Origin: Alphaproteobacteria bacterium
GTDB lineage: Bacteria; Pseudomonadota; Alphaproteobacteria; UBA828
Direction of reading: 5' to 3'
Length of the DNA stretch: 64,000 bases
Assembly: GCA_965214705.1 (NCBI GenBank)
Contig: CBDCCI010000001.1
Span: 128,001-192,000 of the forward strand
Below the pieces are notes generated by a model. The model did no database searches and was not told where the DNA came from. It saw nothing but the letters and a program-made list of their open reading frames with translations. This document shows, one piece after another, positions 28,202-37,048 of this stretch. The position numbers were made by a program, and so were the translations under genes. Within the stretch, counting starts at the first letter, position 1. Each line of letters begins with the position of its first letter.

Positions 28202-29806
28202 CTACTCCTCAACCCAGGGCAGGGTGTAGTCGTACCAGTTCTCCTGACCGTTCACGAAGCCCTTCACGTTGGGCGCCAGAACGATCGGATTGTGGTAGCT
28301 GAACACCGGCACGAAGGCGACGTCCTCTTCCATGATAATGCGGTTGGCCTCGCGATAGAGCTTCGTGGCCTCAGCCTGATCCTCGGTCTGGATCGCCTGC
28401 TGATAGAGCGCATCGACCGCCTCGTTGCAGTACCAGCCGCCATTGATGCCGTTCGGCGGGTGATGGTCGCAACGGGTGGCGTGTGCGGTCCAGTACGGCA
28501 CCGACCAGCCCCAGCCCATGCTGTTCATCGCCACGGTCTCGGGCATGCCCTGGAGCCACTTGCCGAGATAGGTCATCCACTCCAGCTTGTTCAGCTTGAG
28601 GTCGATGCCGACCTTCTTGAGGTCGCGCTGCATCCACTTCTCCCAAGCCTCGTTCCAGCCGTAGTCGAAGATCTCGAAGGTGAGCTCCAGCCCGCCGTCC
28701 CCGTAGCCGGCCTCGGCCAGCAGCGCCTTCGCGCCCTCGGGGTCGTAGGGATAGGGGTTGTAGTCGGGATCGTAGGCGAAGGTGCCGGCGGAGAGCATGC
28801 CGTGCTCGGCCTTGCCGGTGCCTCTCAGCACCTCGCGGGCCACGCCCTCACGGTCGATCGCCATGTTGATCGCCTTGCGCACGCGCACGTCCTGAAGCGC
28901 CGGGTGCTTCATGTTGAACGCGGCGTACCAGACCGAGGGCACGTTGGGCTGCAGCAGAAGCTGGAAGCCCTCGTCCACCAGGTTCTCGATCTCGTCCCAG
29001 GTGGGCTCGGTGACCATGTTGATCTCGCCGGCCCTGAGCGCCGCGATGCGCGTCGCAGGGTCGGTGATCTGGCGATAGACCATGTAGTCGAGCTTCGCCG
29101 GCTCGCCGTAATAGTCGTCGTTGCGCTCGAGCACGACCATCACGTCGATCTCACGCTCGACGAACTTGAACGGCCCGGTGCCGACCGGGTGGAGCGCGAT
29201 GTCCTGATCGCCGTGAATCTCCCACGCGGTCGGGCTGATCATCTCCGGCTGCCCACAGGAGGACTGGCCGATCTGCAGCCACTCGTAGTGCGGCTGGGTG
29301 AGAACGATCTCGAAGGTGTTCTCGTCGACCGCGCGAGTGGACTCGATCCAGCGCGCGTAGAAGTTCAGGTAGGCGTTGGCCACCTCGTTGTACTGCGGCG
29401 CGTCGGGGTTGGAGAAGCGGTCGTAGTTCCACTTCGCCACCTCGGCGTTGAAGGGCGTGCCGTCGTGGAACTTCACGCCCTTGCGCAGGTTGAAGGTGTA
29501 GGTCTTGCCGTCCTCGGAGACGGTCCAGGACTCGGCGAGCGCCGGCCGGAGCGTCGCCCAGCCCTTCTCCGGCTTGCCGAGCTCCAGCTCGACCAGGCCG
29601 TCGAAGATCATGTGGGTGGCGTTCTTGGTGAGCCAGCCGCAGGACTGCGGCGGATCGAACAGGCTCATCGCCGCCGGGATCGACCAGATCAGCGTGCCAC
29701 CGCTTTCGGCCTTGGCGGGTTTGGTATCGAGAGCGCCCAACGCCAACGCGGCGCCGGCCACCGTGGCGGCGCCTGCCAGGGCCACCGTTCGCAACGATCG
29801 AAGCAT
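28202..29806 (-). CDS. Peptide/nickel ABC substrate-binding protein (family 5)
   Basis: Signal peptide; PALAESW, FNLRKGVKFHDGTPF, PVGTGPF, VRKAINMAIDR. Confidence 0.93.
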   Translation of the reverse strand: MLRSLRTVALAGAATVAGAALALGALDTKPAKAESGGTLIWSIPAAMSLFDPPQSCGWLTKNATHMIFDGLVELELGKPEKGWATLRPALAESWTVSEDGKTYTFNLRKGVKFHDGTPFNAEVAKWNYDRFSNPDAPQYNEVANAYLNFYARWIESTRAVDENTFEIVLTQPHYEWLQIGQSSCGQPEMISPTAWEIHGDQDIALHPVGTGPFKFVEREIDVMVVLERNDDYYGEPAKLDYMVYRQITDPATRIAALRAGEINMVTEPTWDEIENLVDEGFQLLLQPNVPSVWYAAFNMKHPALQDVRVRKAINMAIDREGVAREVLRGTGKAEHGMLSAGTFAYDPDYNPYPYDPEGAKALLAEAGYGDGGLELTFEIFDYGWNEAWEKWMQRDLKKVGIDLKLNKLEWMTYLGKWLQGMPETVAMNSMGWGWSVPYWTAHATRCDHHPPNGINGGWYCNEAVDALYQQAIQTEDQAEATKLYREANRIIMEEDVAFVPVFSYHNPIVLAPNVKGFVNGQENWYDYTLPWVEE

Positions 29807-30009
29807 GTGTGTGTCTCCCTTGAATCGCTCATGCGCGCCGCTGGCCGGCTCGGTGGCCGCCCCAGGCCGCGGGCGCAGCGTACAACCCTCGGGCGCCCCG
29901 GCCAAATGGCGAAATTGCCCGTCGGACCCGCCCTTCCTTGCCGGCCGGCAGCGGGCGCGTATAGTCTGGCCAGGGCGGGACGAGGGCGCACCAGCACGGA
30001 GAGCGCGGC

Positions 30010-31425
30010 TTGCGCTACATCAGCACGCGGCAGACCGGTGGGCAGACAGTCTCGTTCGAACACGCCCTGCTCCAAGGTCTTGCGCGCGACGGCGGCCTCT
30101 ACATCCCTGAGCGCTGGCCGTCCCTCGACAACGATGCGCTCGCGGCACTCAGCGGCCGGCCCTATGCGGAGGTCGCCGCCGCCGTCATGGCGGAGTTCAC
30201 CGGGCGCGCCTTCTCACGCAAGCAGCTCAAGGCCATCGCGGCTAAGAGCTACGCCGATTTCGATCACCACGCGACGGCGCCGCTGGTGCAGCTCGGCCCC
30301 GACCAATGGCTGCTGGAGCTGTTCCACGGGCCGACGCTTGCCTTCAAGGACTTCGCGCTCCAGTTGGTCGCTCGCCTGCTCGACGCCGTGCTGGCGAAGC
30401 GCGGAGGCACGGCGACGATTCTGGTCGCTACCTCGGGCGACACGGGGGCTGCGACGATCGAGGCCTTCCGCGGCCGCGAGGCGCTCTCCGTGGTCGTGCT
30501 CCACCCGGCAGGCCGGGTCTCCGAGATGCAGCGCCGCCAGATGACCACGGCAGCCGAGCCCAACGTCCACAACGTCGCCGTCGCCGGCACCTTCGACGAC
30601 AGCCAGGCGCTGGTGAAGGCGCTCTTCGCCGACCTCGCACTTCGGGACGAAGTCGGGCTCGCAGCGGTCAATTCGATCAACTGGGCGCGTGTCGCGGCGC
30701 AGACCGCCTACTACGTCTATGCAGCGCTCGCCCTGGGCGCGCCAGGCCGCGCGGTCTCCTTCACCGTGCCCACGGGCAACTTCGGCAATGTCTATGCCGG
30801 GTATGCCGCCGGGCAGATGGGCGTCCCCATCGAACGCCTCATGGTCGCCACAAACCGGAACGACATTCTCGCCCGCTTCTTCGAGACCGGCCTCTACCGC
30901 AAGGGGACGGTCCACAGGACGCTGAGCCCCAGCATGGACATCCAAGTTGCGAGCAACTTCGAGCGTCTGCTGGCCGACCTCTCGGGCCGCGACGGCGACG
31001 CCGTGCGCGCGCTGATGGCTGAGCTTGCCGAGCACGGCGAATTCACCCTGCACGGCGCCCGGCTGGCGCAGGCCAAGGCTGCCTTCGCCGCCGCACGTGC
31101 CGACGACGATGCCTGTCTCGCGACCATTGCGGACGTGTGGCGCGAAAGCGGACGCATGATCGACCCGCACAGCGCGGCAGGCGTTCACGCCGCCCGCCGC
31201 CACGACGCCGGCGCAGGGCCGATGGTGAGCCTGGCGACCGCGCATGCCGCCAAGTTCCCCGACGCCATCGAGCGCGCCATCGGCGTGTCCCCAGTGCTCC
31301 CGCCGAGGCTCGCGGCGCTCGCGGCGAAACCCGAAAGGGTGACAGAGCTGCCCGTGGATGCCGCGTTGCTCACGCGCTTCATCCGCGACCGGGTCCACGC
31401 GCCGCAGCGGGAGCGCGTGGCGTGA
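30010..31425 (+). CDS. thrC: Threonine synthase
   Basis: RYISTR, LFHGPTLAFKD, ATSGDTG, NSINWAR, PTGNFGN, SPSMDIQVASNFER. Confidence 0.96.
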   Translation: MRYISTRQTGGQTVSFEHALLQGLARDGGLYIPERWPSLDNDALAALSGRPYAEVAAAVMAEFTGRAFSRKQLKAIAAKSYADFDHHATAPLVQLGPDQWLLELFHGPTLAFKDFALQLVARLLDAVLAKRGGTATILVATSGDTGAATIEAFRGREALSVVVLHPAGRVSEMQRRQMTTAAEPNVHNVAVAGTFDDSQALVKALFADLALRDEVGLAAVNSINWARVAAQTAYYVYAALALGAPGRAVSFTVPTGNFGNVYAGYAAGQMGVPIERLMVATNRNDILARFFETGLYRKGTVHRTLSPSMDIQVASNFERLLADLSGRDGDAVRALMAELAEHGEFTLHGARLAQAKAAFAAARADDDACLATIADVWRESGRMIDPHSAAGVHAARRHDAGAGPMVSLATAHAAKFPDAIERAIGVSPVLPPRLAALAAKPERVTELPVDAALLTRFIRDRVHAPQRERVA

Positions 31426-32681
31426 GTGTGCAGATCACGCCGCTCACCAACGGACTCAGGGTGGTCAGCGATCCCGTCGACCACGTGGAGACGGCCTCGG
31501 TCGGGCTCTGGGTCGATGTCGGCGCGCGCTGCGAGACCGAAGAGACCAACGGGCTCTCGCATCTGCTGGAGCACATGGCCTTCAAGGGCACCGAGCGGCG
31601 CAGCGCCCGCGACATCGCCGAGGAGATCGAGGCGGTGGGCGGCCACCTCAACGCCTACACGTCCAGGGAGACCACGGCCTACTACGCCAAGGTGATGAAG
31701 GAGGACGTGCCGCTGGCGCTCGACCTGCTGGCGGACATCCTCCAGCACTCGACCTTCGATGAGGAGGAGCTGGAGCGCGAGCGTGCGGTGGTCATCCAGG
31801 AGATCGCGCAGGTCAACGACACGCCGGACGACCTCGTCTTCGACCGATTTCAGGAGACCGCTTATCCGGATCAGCCCATCGGCCGCACGATCCTGGGCCC
31901 GCCCGAGCGCGTGGGCTCCTATTCGCGCGATGCGCTCGCGGCCTATATGGGCGCGCATTACCGGGCGGCGCGCATGGTACTGGTGGGCTCAGGCCGGATC
32001 GATCACGACGCGCTCGTCGCGGCGGCGGAGGCAGCCTTCACAGCCCTGCCGGAAGGCCCGGTGCCGGCGCCTGCGGCTGCGGTCTATAGCGGCGGCGATT
32101 GCCGCATCGCGCGCGATCTGGAGCAGGCGCACCTGCTGATAGGCTTCGACGGCCTCGCCTACGACGACGACGATTTCTACGCGCTGCAGGTGATGTCGAC
32201 GTTGCTCGGCGGCGGCATGTCGTCGCGGCTCTTCCAGGAGATCCGGGAGCGACGCGGCCTCGCTTATTCAGTCTTCACCTTCGCCTCCAGCTACGCGGAC
32301 GGCGGCATCTTCGGCGTCTATGCCGGCGCGGGCGAGGACGAGCTTGCGGAGCTGATCCCGGTGATGTCGGACGAGCTGGTCAACGCGTGCGCCACGGTGG
32401 GCGACGAGGAGGTCGCCCGCGCCCGCGCCCAGCTCAAGGCCGGGCTGCTGATGTCCCTCGAGAGCACCCAGGCGCGGGCGGAGCGGCTGGGCCGCCATAT
32501 TCTACTGTTCGGCAGGCCGCTCACGGTCGCGGAGTTGATCGAGCGCGTCGATGCAGTCGACCGCGAGGCGGTACAGCGCACCGCGTGCCGCATCCTGCAG
32601 GGTGGCCGGCCCACGGTCGCCGCGCTCGGCCCCATCGCAAGGCTTGAAGGTCATGACTCGATCGCCGCCCGCTTCGCCTGA
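31422..32681 (+). CDS. M16 family zinc peptidase (MPP-like)
   Basis: HLLEH inverted zinc motif, NAYTSRE, LGGGMSSRLFQEIRE. Confidence 0.93.
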   Translation: MSVQITPLTNGLRVVSDPVDHVETASVGLWVDVGARCETEETNGLSHLLEHMAFKGTERRSARDIAEEIEAVGGHLNAYTSRETTAYYAKVMKEDVPLALDLLADILQHSTFDEEELERERAVVIQEIAQVNDTPDDLVFDRFQETAYPDQPIGRTILGPPERVGSYSRDALAAYMGAHYRAARMVLVGSGRIDHDALVAAAEAAFTALPEGPVPAPAAAVYSGGDCRIARDLEQAHLLIGFDGLAYDDDDFYALQVMSTLLGGGMSSRLFQEIRERRGLAYSVFTFASSYADGGIFGVYAGAGEDELAELIPVMSDELVNACATVGDEEVARARAQLKAGLLMSLESTQARAERLGRHILLFGRPLTVAELIERVDAVDREAVQRTACRILQGGRPTVAALGPIARLEGHDSIAARFA

Positions 32682-32706
32682 GCCGATCGGGCGGCCGCCA
32701 GATGCC

Positions 32707-32952
32707 GTGCCCGATGTTCGGCCCGGTGCGGACGAGACGCTCGACGTGCGCGGCCTGATGTGCCCGCTGCCGGTGCTCAAGGCGCGAAAGGCATTGAAGC
32801 GCCTCGCCCCCGGCGCGACGCTGGAGGTGCTCGCGACCGACCCGGCGGCGGTGATCGACTTCAAGCACTTTTGCGAGACCACGCCGTTCGAGCTCCAGGG
32901 CTGGCAAGAGGACGCCGGCATCTACGCGTTCAGGATCAGGGTGCCCGGCTGA
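32707..32952 (+). CDS. tusA: TusA family sulfur carrier
   Basis: LDVRGLMCPLPVLK...ATDP; start approximate. Confidence 0.85.
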   Translation: MPDVRPGADETLDVRGLMCPLPVLKARKALKRLAPGATLEVLATDPAAVIDFKHFCETTPFELQGWQEDAGIYAFRIRVPG

Positions 32953-33536
32953 TGGCGTTCCTCCGCCCCGCCAACGATTCCGCGCGCGAGGCGACGGTGG
33001 AGACGCGCTCGCTCTACCTCCGACCGCCACAGATGCGGGATTGGCGGGCCTGGGCCGAGCTCCGGGCGCTCTCGCGCGAGTTCCTGAGCCCATGGGAGCC
33101 GACCTGGCCGAGCGACGCGCTGACCCGCAGCGCCTTTCGCCGGCGCATCCGCCGCCAGTTGCGCGACGGCCAGGACGATCTGGGCTACGCCTTCTTCCTG
33201 TTCCGCCGCAGGGACGACACGCTGCTCGGCGGGATGACTCTCAGCAACGTGCAGCGGGGAGCCGCGCAATCGTGCAGCGTCGGCTACTGGATCGGACGGC
33301 CCCATGCGCAGCATGGCCACATGAGCGAGGCGCTCACCGGCCTGCTCGGCCATTGCTTCGGGCCGCTCGGCCTGCACCGGGTCGAGGCCGCGTGCATGCC
33401 GAAGAACACCGCCAGCCGAAAGCTGCTGGAGAAGACCGGGTTCCGCTGCGAGGGGTACGCGCGCGCCTACCTCAAGATCGCAGGCCAGTGGCAGGATCAC
33501 CTGCTTTACGCGACGATCGCGCCGCGCAGACCGTGA
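32952..33536 (+). CDS. rimJ: RimJ-like GNAT N-acetyltransferase
   Basis: SREFLSPWEP, GYWIG, LHRVEAACMPKN, EGYARAYLKIAGQWQDH. Confidence 0.88.
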   Translation: MAFLRPANDSAREATVETRSLYLRPPQMRDWRAWAELRALSREFLSPWEPTWPSDALTRSAFRRRIRRQLRDGQDDLGYAFFLFRRRDDTLLGGMTLSNVQRGAAQSCSVGYWIGRPHAQHGHMSEALTGLLGHCFGPLGLHRVEAACMPKNTASRKLLEKTGFRCEGYARAYLKIAGQWQDHLLYATIAPRRP

Positions 33537-33555
33537 GCGTGGCGGGAAGTCTTGA

Positions 33556-34140
33556 CTAAGCTCGGCCGGCGAAGCCCGAGAGGTTGCCGGGGTCGAACCC
33601 GAGGCGGCCGACGGCACGCTCCCACTTGGCGTCCTGGGCCTCGTCGAAGACCAGCTCTTCGTCCGCCGGCACGGTGAGCCAGCCGTTCTCCTGAATCTCG
33701 CGGTCGAGCTGGCCCGGCGCCCAGCCGGCATAACCCAAAGCCAGCATGCTGAGGCGTGGGCCGCGGCCTTCGGCCATGGCCTTCAGAACATCGATGGTGG
33801 CGGTCAGCGAGAAGCCGTCATCCACTTGCATGGTGGCTTCGTGGGTGTAGTCGGTGGAGTGGAGGACGAAGCCGCGCGCGGCCTCGACCGGGCCGCCGAA
33901 ATGCACCGGGATGGGCTTGCTTTCCTGCGCGGGCTCGATTTCGAGCTGCTCGAGCAGGTCCGAGAAGCTGAGCGATTCGAGGAGCTTGTTGACGACGAGG
34001 CCCATCGCGCCGTCTTCCGAATGGGCGCACATGTAGATGACGGTGTGCGCGAAGCGCGGGTCCGCCATCGTCGGCATGGCGACCAGCAACTGCCCCTCCA
34101 GATAGGGACCCGCGCCTTGCTCGCCGCCACTGTTCATCAC
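33556..34140 (-). CDS. YqgE/AlgH family protein (DUF179)
   Basis: LLVAMP...DPRF, GGPV, GYAGWAPGQL..EI..NGW. Confidence 0.93.
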   Translation of the reverse strand: MMNSGGEQGAGPYLEGQLLVAMPTMADPRFAHTVIYMCAHSEDGAMGLVVNKLLESLSFSDLLEQLEIEPAQESKPIPVHFGGPVEAARGFVLHSTDYTHEATMQVDDGFSLTATIDVLKAMAEGRGPRLSMLALGYAGWAPGQLDREIQENGWLTVPADEELVFDEAQDAKWERAVGRLGFDPGNLSGFAGRA

Positions 34141-34522
34141 ACCAATCCTTGAGCCGCCGGGCTCGTCCCGATCATCGCAAAGCGGCGCGGGGGTGACAAC
34201 CGAATGTCGTGCTCGCGTTTGATGGCGCTCCGTCCTTGCGATGAGGTAGCGCCATTCCGTTGGAATGAAAGGAGCCGCCGAGAAACCCCAGTTGAACGAA
34301 GCCGCTACGCGGAGTTAGCGGCGTAGAGTTCATTCATTTCCGAGGCGTCGCGGGTGCCGTTTGTTCTGTGCGTTCGCTTCCCGGTTGCGTCAGTGGCGCT
34401 CCGCCCGTCGGGTGGCGGATCCCCAGCAGCCTCCCGATCACCAGTGGTTAGCATCGACCCCTGCGACGGACCGTCGCCGGATCGGTCCGGCGGCGCGCCG
34501 TCGCGATCCAGGGAGATCGATA

Positions 34523-35401
34523 ATGACCGGGACCGCGTGCGACACGAACACCGTCACCCCTCTTCGCCAGCGCATGGAGGAGCAGCTCCGCATCGCCAAT
34601 CTGGCCGCGAGCACGTCCAAGGCCTACATCTGCGAGATCAAGAACCTGGCCAGGTACTACGACGCCTCGCCGGACGAGCTCGACGCCGAGCAGGTGCGCC
34701 AGTGGTACCTGGGGCGGATCGACAAGGGGCTCAGTCCGGGCACGACCAACGTCTCCTTCGCCGCGCTGAACTTCCTCTACATCGACACACTCGGCTGGCC
34801 TGACCATGTCGCCGGCCTGCGCTCCCGCAAGAAGCCCGGCAAGCTGCCGCGCTACATGTCGGAGCAGGAGGTCGAGCACCTCATCCTTGCGACACCCGAC
34901 CTCCGCCACCGTGCTGCCATTGTCACCGGCTATGGCGGCGGGCTCCGCATCTCCGAGACCTTGGCCATCAAGGTCGGCGACATCCTGTCGGAGAAGAAGC
35001 TGCTGCACATCCCCTCCGGCAAAGGCGGCACCGAGAGAATGGCACCGTTGCCGGACATCGTCATCCACTACTTGCGCGTCTACTACAGGAACATCTGGCC
35101 GCGTCCGACGAACTGGCTCTTCTACGGCGTCTCGCTCGACAGGCCCATCGCAACGGAGACCTTGCAGGCCGCCTTCAGGAGGGCGCGCGACATTGCCGAG
35201 CTCGACCGCAGCTACACCTTCCATTGCCTGCGCCATTCGGCGGCGACCCATCTCCTCGAGCGCGGCGGCGATATCGAGGTGATCCGGGACATGCTCGGCC
35301 ATCGAAGCGCGAACACGACCCGTCACTACGCCCGCGTCACCGGCAAGATGTTCGAGGGCCTCGACCACCCGATCTCAGGCTTCGCAGCGTTGCGCAACTG
35401 A
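34523..35401 (+). CDS. Tyrosine recombinase/integrase
   Basis: GLRISE, GKGG, HCLRHS.ATH, LGH, TTRHY catalytic residues. Confidence 0.93.
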   Translation: MTGTACDTNTVTPLRQRMEEQLRIANLAASTSKAYICEIKNLARYYDASPDELDAEQVRQWYLGRIDKGLSPGTTNVSFAALNFLYIDTLGWPDHVAGLRSRKKPGKLPRYMSEQEVEHLILATPDLRHRAAIVTGYGGGLRISETLAIKVGDILSEKKLLHIPSGKGGTERMAPLPDIVIHYLRVYYRNIWPRPTNWLFYGVSLDRPIATETLQAAFRRARDIAELDRSYTFHCLRHSAATHLLERGGDIEVIRDMLGHRSANTTRHYARVTGKMFEGLDHPISGFAALRN

Positions 35402-35407
35402 CGGCGC

Positions 35408-36649
35408 GTGGAGGCCGAACGCGCGGGCGTGGCGGAGATCTTCCGCCGCGCCGGCGCCGCTTTCCGTGAGCGCCACAAAGGGCGCATCGACGCCGCCCGG
35501 CTCAAGGTCATGGGCGCCATCGAGGCGTGCCGCACCGCCGTGCTCGGCGGCCACATGTACGCCTGCGAGGGCTGCGGGCGCGAGCATCCGCTCTTCAACT
35601 CCTGCCGCAACCGCCACTGCCCCACCTGCCAGGGTCTCGCCGCCAACCTCTGGAGCGAGGAGCGCGCCGGGGACATCCTGCCGGTGCCCTACTTCCATGT
35701 GGTCTTCACCCTGCCCAAGGAGGTTGCCGCCATTGCCTTCTGCAACCGCAGGGTGGTGTTCGACATCCTCTTCCGGGCCGTCGCCGAGACCCTGCGCACC
35801 ATCGCCGCCGATCCCCGCCACGGCGGCATGCGCATCGGCGGCACCGCGGTCCTCCATACCTGGGATCAGAAGCTCCGCTTCCACCCGCACCTGCACGTGG
35901 TCGTGCCCAACGCGGGCTTCGACGTAGACAGTGGCGAGTGGAAGACGGGGAGCACCACCTTCCTCGCCCCCGTCAAGGTCCTCGGCAGCCTGTTCCGCCG
36001 CCTCTTCCTCAAGGAGCTCGCCCGCGCCCACGGCCGGGGGGACCTGGAGTTCCACGGCACCCTCGCCCACCTCGCCAATCCCGGCGAGTTCCACGCCACG
36101 CTTGCCGCCGCCCGGGCCAGGGACTGGGTGGTCTACGCCAAGCGGCCCTTCCGCGGGCCTGAGCAGGTCTTCCGGTACCTCTCGCACTACACGCACAGGA
36201 TCGCCATCTCCGACAGCCGCATCGTCTCCTTCGACGGCGAGACGGTCTCCTTCCGCCACCGAAAGCCCAAGGCGCCGGGGCAGAGAAAGCCGCGCTACGG
36301 CATCGCCACCGTGAGCGCCGACGAGTTCATCCGCCGCTTCCTGAGGCACGTCCTGCCGGACGGCATGCACCGCATTCGCTACTTCGGCATCCTCGCCAAC
36401 GGCTGCCGCGCCAGCACGCTGGAGAGAGCACGCCAGGCTCTCGGCGCCCTCGGCTGCGCCGCCCCCGAGGGAAGCGTGGACGGCGCTCAGGCCGAGCCCG
36501 ACGAAGAGCCCGAGATCGGCACCGCGCCCGTGGCCTGCCCCCACTGCGGCGGCGTCATGCGCCTCGTCCGCGAAATCCGCCGCCGCCATGAGCCCCGCTC
36601 GACGCGCGGCCCGCCGGCGCTGCCGCCGACCCACAGGGGGAAACCGTGA
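35408..36649 (+). CDS. IS91 family transposase (Zn-finger + Y2_Tnp)
   Basis: CEGCG...SCRNRHCPTCQ, HVVFTLP, LHTW...HPHLH, YLSHY, RIRYFG, C-terminal CPHCGG. Confidence 0.93.
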   Translation: MEAERAGVAEIFRRAGAAFRERHKGRIDAARLKVMGAIEACRTAVLGGHMYACEGCGREHPLFNSCRNRHCPTCQGLAANLWSEERAGDILPVPYFHVVFTLPKEVAAIAFCNRRVVFDILFRAVAETLRTIAADPRHGGMRIGGTAVLHTWDQKLRFHPHLHVVVPNAGFDVDSGEWKTGSTTFLAPVKVLGSLFRRLFLKELARAHGRGDLEFHGTLAHLANPGEFHATLAAARARDWVVYAKRPFRGPEQVFRYLSHYTHRIAISDSRIVSFDGETVSFRHRKPKAPGQRKPRYGIATVSADEFIRRFLRHVLPDGMHRIRYFGILANGCRASTLERARQALGALGCAAPEGSVDGAQAEPDEEPEIGTAPVACPHCGGVMRLVREIRRRHEPRSTRGPPALPPTHRGKP

Positions 36650-36911
36650 GACGCCCGCTCGCTTCGGCCCCGCGCAACGGCGCCAAAGCGCCGACGCACG
36701 ACCGAACCTGTCTCCGCTTGAGCCGGGCTGACAGCCCTCGGCTCACACCCCGCTCAGTCCTCGCAGCGTGCGCCCGCATGCCTGCCGAAAGACCGGCGCG
36801 AGCGTCGATTTTATGCGCAACTCTGCTGCCGGTGGATGCCGCCTGACGCTGACATCAGCGCACTTTCCACATAGCTCAACTTCGCCTCTCGTGGCCCGCG
36901 GCTTCGTTCAA

Positions 36912-36953
36912 AAGGGTTGGGCAGGCTCTCGAGAGAGAGCCTGCCCAACCCTT
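36912..36953. other. Perfect 19-bp inverted repeat abutting the element's right end
   Basis: AAGGGTTGGGCAGGCTCTC-GAGA-GAGAGCCTGCCCAACCCTT. Confidence 0.8.
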
Positions 36954-37048
36954 AACCTTTGTCGGTCACCTGTGGCCGGCAAATTCGCTTGTTGGACACT
37001 TTTGCTCAAAAGTGGCCAACAACGAGTGTTGTTGGCCATGGATGACCG

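Larger units (their letters stand above)
34292..36911 (+). mobile_element. IS91-like element encoding a tyrosine recombinase and HUH (Y2) transposase
   Basis: 14-bp perfect inverted ends TTGAACGAAGCCGC / GCGGCTTCGTTCAA enclosing both genes; no target duplication seen. Confidence 0.85.

Noticed and set aside
34523-35401. Integron integrase or chromosomal XerC/D
   Set aside because: No IntI-specific insertion, no attC array, and it lies inside the IS91-like inverted ends.
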